Of a stretch of 64,000 nt of DNA, positions 50,101-56,587 are shown one piece after another. The notes under the pieces were generated by a model that made no database searches, was not told the DNA's origin, and saw only the letters and a list, made by a program, of their open reading frames with translations. The position numbers and the translations under genes were made by a program. How positions within the stretch are numbered: the first letter of the stretch is position 1; each line of letters starts with the position of its first letter. The DNA is from a bacterium (GTDB lineage: Bacteria; Bacillota; Clostridia; Christensenellales; UBA3700): contig CAVAVP010000016.1 of assembly GCA_963592135.1 (NCBI GenBank), positions 6,126-70,125 on the forward strand. The letters run 5' to 3'.

Positions 50101-50926
50101 TTACACCATCAGGAACATTAAAGGAAACACTATATGTTTTAATATCAAATTTCGCATAAAGTGTTAAGTCTTTAGTTAAATTTTCGTCTCCTACATACTC
50201 CTCACTAAACGTGTTATCTAAATACCAGCCATCAAATATATAACCTACTTTGCTTGGTGCATAAAGTTTTAGTACTTCATCTTCCTTTACTGCATATTTA
50301 TTTAATGAATTATTAATTCCACCATCAAGTTCATAGTTTATAGAAAAGCCGTTTACATTCCACTTTGCATAAAGCACAATATTTTTTCTAATTCTATCGT
50401 ATTCTATATCCCATTTAATGGCTAAATCTTTATCTAAATACCATCCTAAAAATTCATAGTCACTTCTTGTTGTTTCTATTTTAGTTTTATCCAAAGTTGC
50501 GCCATAGTTATAGGCTTGCATGTCAACTTCACTTCCACCATTTGTTTCAAAGACAACAGCATAAACATCATTTACTGAACTCTTAGAAACAAACTTTGCA
50601 TAAACATTAATATCTTCAGTTATTTCTTTTGTTAAATAGGAATTAGGTTTAACTTCCGAACTTGTAGAAAATAATTTGTCTAAGTACCACCCATCAAAAA
50701 CATATTCATCACGTGTTGGATCTTTTGGAAATCTAATAATTTCGTTACCCTTAGATCTAAATGCCGCACCATAAAGTTCATAACCTTTTCCGCTATCAAC
50801 ATAAAATCTAATTGTATGTTTTGATGAAGAACTTGAATCTACATCAGTACTACAAGACAAAAATGTAACTAGAGATATGGTTAAGCAAAAAACTAGTATT
50901 AAGCATAGGATAAACTTTCTCTTCAT
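47183..50926 (-). CDS. large surface lipoprotein: six InlB-type B-repeats, Ig-like middle region and a C-terminal transglutaminase-like cysteine-protease core
   Basis: 1247 aa with signal peptide and lipobox FLSC. Six Y-x-F-x-GWYLD repeats occupy aa ~37-487. The Cys-His-Asp core is VCNG (Cys1052, codon 47771-47773), HAWV (His1082) and LSDATW (Asp1097). Confidence 0.85.
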   Translation of the reverse strand: MKRKFILCLILVFCLTISLVTFLSCSTDVDSSSSSKHTIRFYVDSGKGYELYGAAFRSKGNEIIRFPKDPTRDEYVFDGWYLDKLFSTSSEVKPNSYLTKEITEDINVYAKFVSKSSVNDVYAVVFETNGGSEVDMQAYNYGATLDKTKIETTRSDYEFLGWYLDKDLAIKWDIEYDRIRKNIVLYAKWNVNGFSINYELDGGINNSLNKYAVKEDEVLKLYAPSKVGYIFDGWYLDNTFSEEYVGDENLTKDLTLYAKFDIKTYSVSFNVPDGVSFDNGGITSVQVTDSITISMPTKTGYTFVGWYLDSTYKNNYTDLSSLCKFADSNNLESVTLYAKFEETKFNVNYHIDSNVNNSNNPEFYSYFLGLTLENPSKEGYAFNGWYLDQDLTEEYDSSTNYLRDLDLYPSWSIVNYNITYHLSTGESLTETGIDTFNVEKDLFTYIPKATKGGYVFVAWYLDDALSERLVYTKKYTTSLDLYPKFTELDLIDFTKYTEVVNAPSLYFTKGDTKNLCVTLDDDSVVSSSNLNSDDFVNYIDSGKSILVVKADYFSDFEIGEKIKLKFILSSGDVLNYYVTVVETTSYTLTLAQYTKGATSYTIQTSATSNASIKGVSIDNVNVKTTLSSGQITISGEILDKLSLGKHYIEVQTDKGISNGYFNITDNSKYNPYNVKIDVDSSFPNVYVTWDYDFTPDYFEVSIDSNTYISTIDTDLFNGNSFNATGKLKIAGQKVVVSARFDGLLHSASSVTNRFNLYSSLTATTYAEGVEDMFDTYTIYGKTCNYYITSWEELFDLLMYTYLYKDSLPTETLSEKTYIKLSYCIDFDTANCDQIDLSSSYYANDGSYNPTTMNNDLTNANFIIRLLQEVYYNIPEAVSYGMNYSQSTCNLISNQCHVLYIRYLGANKPTTIRTAEEKAKYENFAYLPQHTGDGLSSDYVFPIEKNNKGDANVNSSIELYLALENGYNPVIVNNDLKTMYKKMKTVLRTILDENMNDYEIALAIYDYLSYGIVYDYAGADDATALYGTDAYNDVYGWSCFYMEGVFNYGLAVCNGISAAYSALCNMMGIECHKLTGIASGGAHAWVKLKIGGNWYLSDATWANYRVNIGSSTKQKIYEATNYNYFLMTEDESLSSNHTITKVTYFEMGQACDSQIDVYKNIKFVYNNITYNYSIDTTSANEYNALLSSLVQEATNGDFVSGDSIAVMVYCENLDSVIVKTSLDASKYSVSYVNIGDFDNVYIIIIAKK
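49466..50818 (-). repeat. six tandem ~70-80 aa coding repeats (Listeria-Bacteroides / InlB B-repeat type)
   Basis: Recurring motifs are FDGWYLDKLF, FLGWYLDKDL, FDGWYLDNTF, FVGWYLDSTY, FNGWYLDQDL and FVAWYLDDAL. Each is followed by L(T/D)LYAKF / LYPKF. Confidence 0.85.
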
Positions 50927-50933
50927 ATTATTT

Positions 50934-50962
50934 AATATATATTATTAAATATAATAAGTCAA
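50934..50962 (-). promoter_or_regulatory. promoter placed for a leaderless or near-leaderless transcript of the large lipoprotein gene
   Basis: TTGACT (50962-50957), a 17 nt spacer, TATATT (50939-50934), then 7 nt to ATG (50926). No SD lies in between. Confidence 0.4.
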
Positions 50963-51007
50963 TGTTGAAAATTATCAAAATTGCTTTAAAATTCCCTATT
51001 TTACTAT

Positions 51008-51946
51008 TTAATCCTTAAAAATATCTTCTTTAAAATTCTTTATAAAATATTTCTCACAAAAAGCTACAGGTTTATATGATAGCTTACTTTTTCTTAATCC
51101 TTCGTTCCCCATATCTTCCTGTCTATTAACATATCTACATCCGCTAAAAGCTTCTTTTGCCACAAGATTTAATAACATCGGATAGACCCCAACATAATTT
51201 ATATCAGCTTTTTCTATATGCTCTATAACTATATTTGAAGCAGTTTTCTCAATTAGCGAAAACCCTATCAATTTATCACCTACGTATAAAACATAAGCAA
51301 AAATATTACTCTCAGTTTCCAATAAATCAAGAGAGATATTTATAGCTTTTTCTTCTGAACTTTTATCATCAAGAGAATAATATTCTTTTCCATTTTCCCA
51401 ATTTTTTATTAACAAAATTAGGTTTTTGTAATCTAATTCTTTATTGTATTGTCTAAATACATATGAATATTTTTTATTAAAATCTGCAATATGGTTTCTT
51501 TTTGAATGATATTTCTTTCCGCTAAAGTTTATAAGGTCATTAGGGTTATACAAATACTCTTTATAATCATCGTTTTCTATAATTTCAAACTTTGATTTAT
51601 CTACAACTTCAATTTGTTCCAATGAAAGACCATCCATAAGCATTAACTCACTATCTTCTTTTGTTTGCTTCTCTACCATCAAGATAGCTTCTTTCATTTT
51701 ATCTAGTGTTGTTAGAGGTGGAATATAGATGTGCTTTAATTTTTCAGGTCCATTTACATATTCTGGATTTGGGGTAAAACGCATAAAAATTACGTCATTT
51801 TCATAAGCTATTTCAAAACTATCAAAATCGAAGTAATCCCACGCCATTAAATAAAGTTTAGAATACTCACACCCTTTGTATTGAGTCTTGGCTAAAAGTT
51901 CATTTATTCTATCAAAGTCTTCTTTTTTTATATTTTTAAAATGCAC
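51008..51946 (-). CDS. DUF2156 / LPG-synthase C-terminal-like (tandem GNAT, FemX/MprF-like) protein
   Basis: 312 aa. The pattern F.GKKYHSKRNHIADFNKKY resembles the conserved G-x-K-x-x-x-x-R-N motif of DUF2156. It has a GTG start with AAGGAAA 5 nt upstream. Confidence 0.5.
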   Translation of the reverse strand: MHFKNIKKEDFDRINELLAKTQYKGCEYSKLYLMAWDYFDFDSFEIAYENDVIFMRFTPNPEYVNGPEKLKHIYIPPLTTLDKMKEAILMVEKQTKEDSELMLMDGLSLEQIEVVDKSKFEIIENDDYKEYLYNPNDLINFSGKKYHSKRNHIADFNKKYSYVFRQYNKELDYKNLILLIKNWENGKEYYSLDDKSSEEKAINISLDLLETESNIFAYVLYVGDKLIGFSLIEKTASNIVIEHIEKADINYVGVYPMLLNLVAKEAFSGCRYVNRQEDMGNEGLRKSKLSYKPVAFCEKYFIKNFKEDIFKD

Positions 51947-51956
51947 GCGTATTTCC

Positions 51957-51986
51957 TTGCTACCTATTTTTTTCTTGTGTTATAAT
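51957..51986 (+). promoter_or_regulatory. extended -10 promoter placed for a leaderless mRNA of the 51994 gene
   Basis: TTGCTA, an 18 nt spacer, TGtTATAAT (TATAAT = 51981-51986), then 7 nt to ATG (51994). No SD is present. Confidence 0.45.
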
Positions 51987-51993
51987 AGCGTCT

Positions 51994-52497
51994 ATGAAAA
52001 AGCACTTCTTTTTTAAACAAAGATTGTGGATGTACATAGTCTCAATTTTGGTGATAATTATATTATTAGCTACATCAATTGTCAATATTCTTGCAGTATG
52101 TAATGTTGCTAATTTAGTGTCACACCAGCCTCCAGTAGATATTATAGCAACTGTTATAATGCTTTTTGTTGCATTGATTCTTTCCATATTCATATTCTTC
52201 TCTGGCTACACTTTAAGAAGTACTGATTTGGTTATAAACATCGGATTTGCTCCACTTAAAATTAAGTACGACGACATATTGCTTGTTAGAACAAATTCAG
52301 ATAAATCGCTTTTATTTATTTATGTTGAAACAACTGACACAAAAGCAGATGTTATTGACGAGCAAAATAACTTAAAGGCTAATATAACTCAAATATTTAT
52401 AGCAGAGAAAAATGTTGATGATTTTATCTCTACCATAAAACAACACAACAAGTTAGTTCCTGTTGAAATTATAACATTGGAGAACAATAAAAAATGA
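51994..52497 (+). CDS. two-TM membrane protein with a C-terminal bacterial PH-like domain (YdbS/DUF304-like)
   Basis: 167 aa with two N-terminal TM helices and a soluble beta-rich tail. Its stop overlaps the rdgB start (ATGA). Confidence 0.45.
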   Translation: MKKHFFFKQRLWMYIVSILVIIILLATSIVNILAVCNVANLVSHQPPVDIIATVIMLFVALILSIFIFFSGYTLRSTDLVINIGFAPLKIKYDDILLVRTNSDKSLLFIYVETTDTKADVIDEQNNLKANITQIFIAEKNVDDFISTIKQHNKLVPVEIITLENNKK

Positions 52498-53081
52498 TAT
52501 TAGTAGTTGCTTCAAATAATGCCCATAAAGTTGAAGAGATAAAATCCTATCTTAAAGATTATTTTGAGGATATTAAGTCTTTAAAAGAAATGGGAATCTC
52601 TATAGATATTGAAGAAACTGGAACAACATTTTTAGAAAATTCTTTAATAAAAGCAAGAGCTATAACAGCACTTACTGGATATGCATCAATTGCTGATGAT
52701 TCAGGTCTTTGTGTAGACAAACTAAACGGAGAGCCTGGCGTATATTCTGCAAGATATGCTGGCGAGCCATGCAATGATGACAATAACAACAATAAACTTT
52801 TAAAAGTTCTAAAGGAAAAAGGACTTGAAAAAGATGAAGATAGAAAAGCCCACTTTACATCTGTAATTGTACTTAACTACCCTAACGGAGAGTATAAGGT
52901 AGGCGAAGGAAAGGTAGAGGGAATTATTCTTCAAGAAAGAAAAGGAAATGGTGGCTTTGGTTATGATCCACTATTTTTAAGCACTGAGCTTAATAAAACT
53001 TTTGCTGAGATAAATCTTAACGAAAAAAATACTGTTAGCCATAGAGCCAGAGCTCTTGAGAATTTATTAAAACAACTATGA
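52494..53081 (+). CDS. rdgB: XTP/dITP diphosphatase (RdgB/HAM1 family)
   Basis: 195 aa with VASNNAHKVEE, DDSGLCVD, GEPGVYSARY, GFGYDP and SHR. Confidence 0.92.
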   Translation: MILVVASNNAHKVEEIKSYLKDYFEDIKSLKEMGISIDIEETGTTFLENSLIKARAITALTGYASIADDSGLCVDKLNGEPGVYSARYAGEPCNDDNNNNKLLKVLKEKGLEKDEDRKAHFTSVIVLNYPNGEYKVGEGKVEGIILQERKGNGGFGYDPLFLSTELNKTFAEINLNEKNTVSHRARALENLLKQL

Positions 53082-53536
53082 AATCTATTATAGTTTTATC
53101 AGATTCTCACGGAATGCTACCAAAGGATGATAATTTTTGGACAGTACTTGATGAAGCAGACTATATATTCCATTTAGGTGATGGAATAAATGAGATAAAT
53201 ACATTAAAAAGTATATACAAAGATAAGTTCTACTATGTTTATGGAAACTGCGACATGTTTAATGCAGAACCATTTATTATTGTAGAGATTGAAGGTATTA
53301 AATTCTTGTTAACTCATGGGAATAATTTTGGTGTTAAACATGATTTATACAACCTAGCTTTTGAATGTGAATATCAAAATGTAAATTATGGTCTTTATGG
53401 CCATACACATATAGCAAAAGTCGATGAAATTGATGGTGTTACATTAATTAATCCAGGATCAATTGGTTACGAAAGATCCTATTGCTACATAGCTATACAG
53501 AATAAAAATTTAGTGTACAAAATAGTACAACAATGA
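53078..53536 (+). CDS. YfcE/MJ0936-family metallophosphoesterase
   Basis: 152 aa with LSDSHG, HLGD, GNCD, THGN and GHTH metal-ligand motifs. Confidence 0.88.
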   Translation: MKSIIVLSDSHGMLPKDDNFWTVLDEADYIFHLGDGINEINTLKSIYKDKFYYVYGNCDMFNAEPFIIVEIEGIKFLLTHGNNFGVKHDLYNLAFECEYQNVNYGLYGHTHIAKVDEIDGVTLINPGSIGYERSYCYIAIQNKNLVYKIVQQ

Positions 53537-53546
53537 GGATAAACAT

Positions 53547-55373
53547 ATGCAAAGAGAAGAAGTTAGAAATATTGCTATAATAGCACACGTAGACCATGGT
53601 AAAACTACACTAGTAAATCAATTACTAGCTCAAAATGGTACTTTTAGAACAAATGAAACTATTGTTGATAGAGTTATGGATAATGGCGCTATTGAAAGAG
53701 AAAGAGGAATTACAATCCTAGCAAAGAATACTTCTGTTCACTATAAGGGTATAAAAATAAATATTATTGATACCCCAGGACACGCAGATTTTGGTGGTGA
53801 GGTAGAACGTATTCTATCTATGGTTGATGGTGTTGTTTTACTTGTAGATGCCGTTGAAGGCTGTATGCCTCAAACCAGATACGTTTTAAAGAAAGCTTTA
53901 GGTCTTTCAAAAACAGTTGTTTGTTGTATAAACAAAATTGATAGAGGTGGCGACCCTAACAAGGTTATAGACGAATTACTTGATTTGTTTATTGAACTTG
54001 GTGCAAATGATGAACAATTAGATTTTGAAACAGTTTTTGCATCAGGAAAACAAGGCTGGGCTACATTAGATCCTACAAAACCTGGAACTAATATGGATCC
54101 ACTTTTAGACACAATTATAAAGAAAATTCCTGCACCAGAAGGTGAATTAAATAATGGACTACAAACAGTTATTTGTAACATTGATTACGATGAATATGTA
54201 GGTAGAATTGGTGTAGGTAAAATAAATAGAGGTTCCATCAAGGAAGGACAACAAGCAGTTGTTTGTCATAGAGATGGAACTACAACTCAAGTTAAAATAG
54301 TTAAGTTATATCAATTTGAAGGTTTAAAGAGAGTTGAATGTACAGACGCGTCACTTGGAGATATTGTTGCTATCTCTGGTGTAGATAATCTAAATATTGG
54401 TGAAACAATTTGCGATGTAGATAAAGTAGAACCACTACCATTCGTTGCAATTGATGAACCTACTCTATCTATGAACTTTATGGTTAATAACTCACCATTT
54501 GCAGGAAAAGAAGGCAAGTTTGTTACATCAAGACATTTACGTGCTAGATTGTTTAAGGAAGTAGAAACAAATGTTTCAATGAGAGTTGAAGAAACTGATT
54601 CTCCAGATTGCTTTAAAGTATATGGAAGAGGCGAACTTCACTTGTCTATTTTAATTGAAACTATGAGACGTGAAGGATTTGAATTCCAAGTTTCTCGTCC
54701 TAAAGTCATTTATAAGACAATTAATGGCGTAAAATGCGAACCAATTGAAGAATTAGTAATTGATGTTCCAGATGAATATGTTGGAGCTATTATGAACAAA
54801 GTTGGTGCAAGAAAAGGTGAGCTTACAAAGATGGACCCAGATGGCAGAGGTGGCACAAGACTTGAGTTTAAGATTCCATCAAGATGTATTATCGGATATA
54901 GAAGCGAAATGTTAACCGACACTCGTGGTTATGGTGTAATGAGCCATGTACTTGTAGGTTATGAAGAATATAAAGGAGATATTCCAGAAAGAAATAGAGG
55001 CTCAATTGTAGCCTTTGAAGATGGAGTTTCTACAACATATGGATTATTTAATGCACAAGAACGATCTACCCTATTCATTGGTCCTGGTGTTAAGGTTTAT
55101 GAAGGCATGATTGTTGGTGAAAACTCAAGAGAAGAAGATATGCCAGTAAATGTATGTAAAGAAAAACACTTAACAAACTGTAGATCTTCAGGAGCAGACG
55201 AAGCATTAAAATTAATTACACCAACAACTCTATCGCTTGAGCAATGCTTAGAGTTTATTAAAGAAGATGAACTTGTTGAAGTTACACCTAAGACTATCAG
55301 ACTTAGAAAGGTAATTTTAAGCAAAGCAGAAAGAATGAGACAACAAGCAAGACAAATGCGTGCTAATAACTAA
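53547..55373 (+). CDS. typA: translational GTPase TypA/BipA
   Basis: 608 aa with [25 protein letters not shown] and NKIDR. Confidence 0.96.
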   Translation: MQREEVRNIAIIAHVDHGKTTLVNQLLAQNGTFRTNETIVDRVMDNGAIERERGITILAKNTSVHYKGIKINIIDTPGHADFGGEVERILSMVDGVVLLVDAVEGCMPQTRYVLKKALGLSKTVVCCINKIDRGGDPNKVIDELLDLFIELGANDEQLDFETVFASGKQGWATLDPTKPGTNMDPLLDTIIKKIPAPEGELNNGLQTVICNIDYDEYVGRIGVGKINRGSIKEGQQAVVCHRDGTTTQVKIVKLYQFEGLKRVECTDASLGDIVAISGVDNLNIGETICDVDKVEPLPFVAIDEPTLSMNFMVNNSPFAGKEGKFVTSRHLRARLFKEVETNVSMRVEETDSPDCFKVYGRGELHLSILIETMRREGFEFQVSRPKVIYKTINGVKCEPIEELVIDVPDEYVGAIMNKVGARKGELTKMDPDGRGGTRLEFKIPSRCIIGYRSEMLTDTRGYGVMSHVLVGYEEYKGDIPERNRGSIVAFEDGVSTTYGLFNAQERSTLFIGPGVKVYEGMIVGENSREEDMPVNVCKEKHLTNCRSSGADEALKLITPTTLSLEQCLEFIKEDELVEVTPKTIRLRKVILSKAERMRQQARQMRANN

Positions 55374-55402
55374 AAATTTAAAAATAATATTTGCTAAAAT
55401 TG

Positions 55403-55431
55403 TTGACACATACTTTTAACTTTGTTATACT
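55403..55431 (+). promoter_or_regulatory. tRNA array promoter
   Basis: Consensus TTGACA (55403-55408), a 17 nt spacer, then TATACT (55426-55431), 20 nt upstream of the first tRNA. Confidence 0.65.
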
Positions 55432-55450
55432 TTTTTAGCATTGATATTAT

Positions 55451-55524
55451 GCGAGTGTAGTTCAATGGTAGAATATCAGCCTTCCAAGCTGACCGCGTGG
55501 GTCCGATTCCCATCACTCGCTCCA
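55451..55524 (+). tRNA. tRNA-Gly (anticodon UCC), unusual T-loop
   Basis: Manual cloverleaf: acceptor GCGAGTG/CACTCGC, anticodon loop CTTCCAA, CCA encoded. The T-loop is TCCGATT, with C at position 55. Confidence 0.85.
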
Positions 55525-55537
55525 CTATAATTATAGT

Positions 55538-55614
55538 GGGTCTGTAGCTCAGCTGGATAGAGCATCGCCCTTCTAAGGCGGTTGTCGGGGGTTCGAATCC
55601 CTCCAGGCTCACCA
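55538..55614 (+). tRNA. tRNA-Arg (anticodon UCU)
   Basis: Acceptor GGGTCTG/CAGGCTC with two G-U pairs, anticodon loop CTTCTAA, T-loop TTCGAAT, CCA encoded. Confidence 0.88.
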
Positions 55615-55618
55615 CTGT

Positions 55619-55696
55619 GGTGGGTATAGCGCAGTTGGTTAGCGCGCAAGTTTGTGGCACTTGAGGCCAAGGGTTCGAATCCCTTTACCCACCCCA
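55619..55696 (+). tRNA. tRNA-His (anticodon GUG) with encoded G-1
   Basis: An extra 5' G at 55619 lies opposite C73. Acceptor GTGGGTA/TACCCAC, anticodon loop TTGTGGC, CCA encoded. Confidence 0.9.
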
Positions 55697-55724
55697 GTTA
55701 TATTAAGCCACAAAACGACAATAT

Positions 55725-55799
55725 AGGGGTATCGCCAAGTGGTAAGGCAACAGACTTTGACTCTGTTATTCGTTGGTTCAAGTCCAGCTACCCCTGCCA
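55725..55799 (+). tRNA. tRNA-Gln (anticodon UUG)
   Basis: Acceptor AGGGGTA/TACCCCT (A1-U72), anticodon loop CTTTGAC, T-loop TTCAAGT, CCA encoded. Confidence 0.88.
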
Positions 55800-55827
55800 A
55801 AATAATTGAAACTTAAAAAAACTATAT

Positions 55828-55903
55828 GTTCCATTAGCTCAGTTGGTAGAGCACTTGACTTTTAATCAAGTTGTCCCGAGTTCGACTCTCGGATGGGGCA
55901 CCA
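55828..55903 (+). tRNA. tRNA-Lys (anticodon UUU)
   Basis: Acceptor GTTCCAT/ATGGGGC with two G-U pairs, anticodon loop CTTTTAA, CCA encoded. Confidence 0.88.
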
Positions 55904-55913
55904 CAAAATTTGT

Positions 55914-55997
55914 GCGGATGTGGCGGAATTGGCAGACGCGCTAGACTTAGGATCTAGTGTCACCGACGTGGGAGTTCAAGTCTCTTCATCCGCACCA
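55914..55997 (+). tRNA. tRNA-Leu (anticodon UAG)
   Basis: Acceptor GCGGATG/CATCCGC, anticodon loop CTTAGGA, long variable arm, CCA encoded. Confidence 0.9.
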
Positions 55998-56019
55998 ATT
56001 TTTGTAGATTTTATTATAT

Positions 56020-56095
56020 GCGCCTCTAGCTCAGCTGGTAGAGCACCTGACTCTTAATCAGGGTGTCCGGAGTTCGATCCTCCGGAGGCGCACCA
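56020..56095 (+). tRNA. tRNA-Lys (anticodon CUU)
   Basis: Acceptor GCGCCTC/GAGGCGC, anticodon loop CTCTTAA, T-loop TTCGATC, CCA encoded. Confidence 0.9.
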
Positions 56096-56103
56096 AGAAA
56101 AAG

Positions 56104-56133
56104 GCTGCTAAGGATTTTCTTAGCAGCTTTTTT
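56104..56133 (+). terminator. tRNA array intrinsic terminator
   Basis: Stem GCTGCTAAG/CTTAGCAGC with a 6 nt loop, followed by T6. Confidence 0.85.
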
Positions 56134-56151
56134 ATTGATATTTTTTATCTA

Positions 56152-56415
56152 TCATAAAAACATTATAAAATATATTGGATAATATGTTATTTTATCTATC
56201 TTTTTTATTATCCTTTCATTACTTAAAACAAAATCTTTACCTGATTTTATTTCTAAATGAAGAACATTTAATGATTCGTAATCATCAATTAAGTAATCCA
56301 CTTCACCAACCTTTTTCCTGTTATAATAATACAAATCATGGTTGTGAGCTTTTAATTCTTGCGCAACAATCGTTTCATAAACAGCACCTAAGTTTATTTC
56401 AGTTTTATTATCCAA
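56152..56415 (-). pseudogene. C-terminal remnant of a DUF4143-type AAA+ ATPase
   Basis: The 87 aa ORF matches only the tail of DUF4143 ATPases (G..YE..V..EL...., EVDYLI, LEIKSGK). The ~300 aa AAA+ N-terminal part is absent, with only 170 nt to the next gene. No SD is present. Confidence 0.55.
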
Positions 56416-56493
56416 ATTTTACGCTTTTCCAAGAAAACACAATTATCTAAGATATAAAATAATGTCGAACTTATTTTTTTATTTTTAAGAAAT

Positions 56494-56524
56494 AAAAACT
56501 GCTAAGAGTTTTATTTCTTAACAG
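56494..56524 (-). terminator. amidohydrolase gene terminator
   Basis: Stem CTGTTAAGA/TCTTAGCAG on the minus strand is followed by T5ATTTCTT, about 65 nt after the stop at 56588. Confidence 0.6.
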
Positions 56525-56587
56525 TTAATACAAATATTAATATTTACCCCGATTTTACACTAACCGAGAATTCTAATCCACTACATT

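Noticed and set aside
55394-55670. Two minus-strand ORFs (88 and 64 aa) across the tRNA array.
   Set aside because: They overlap the tRNA-Gly/Arg/His genes, which fold into complete cloverleaves with encoded CCA. The ORFs are artefacts of GC-richer tRNA sequence.
56175-56450. A 91 aa plus-strand ORF opposite the DUF4143 remnant.
   Set aside because: It has no SD, and its low-complexity translation is antisense to the only frame with recognisable homology.
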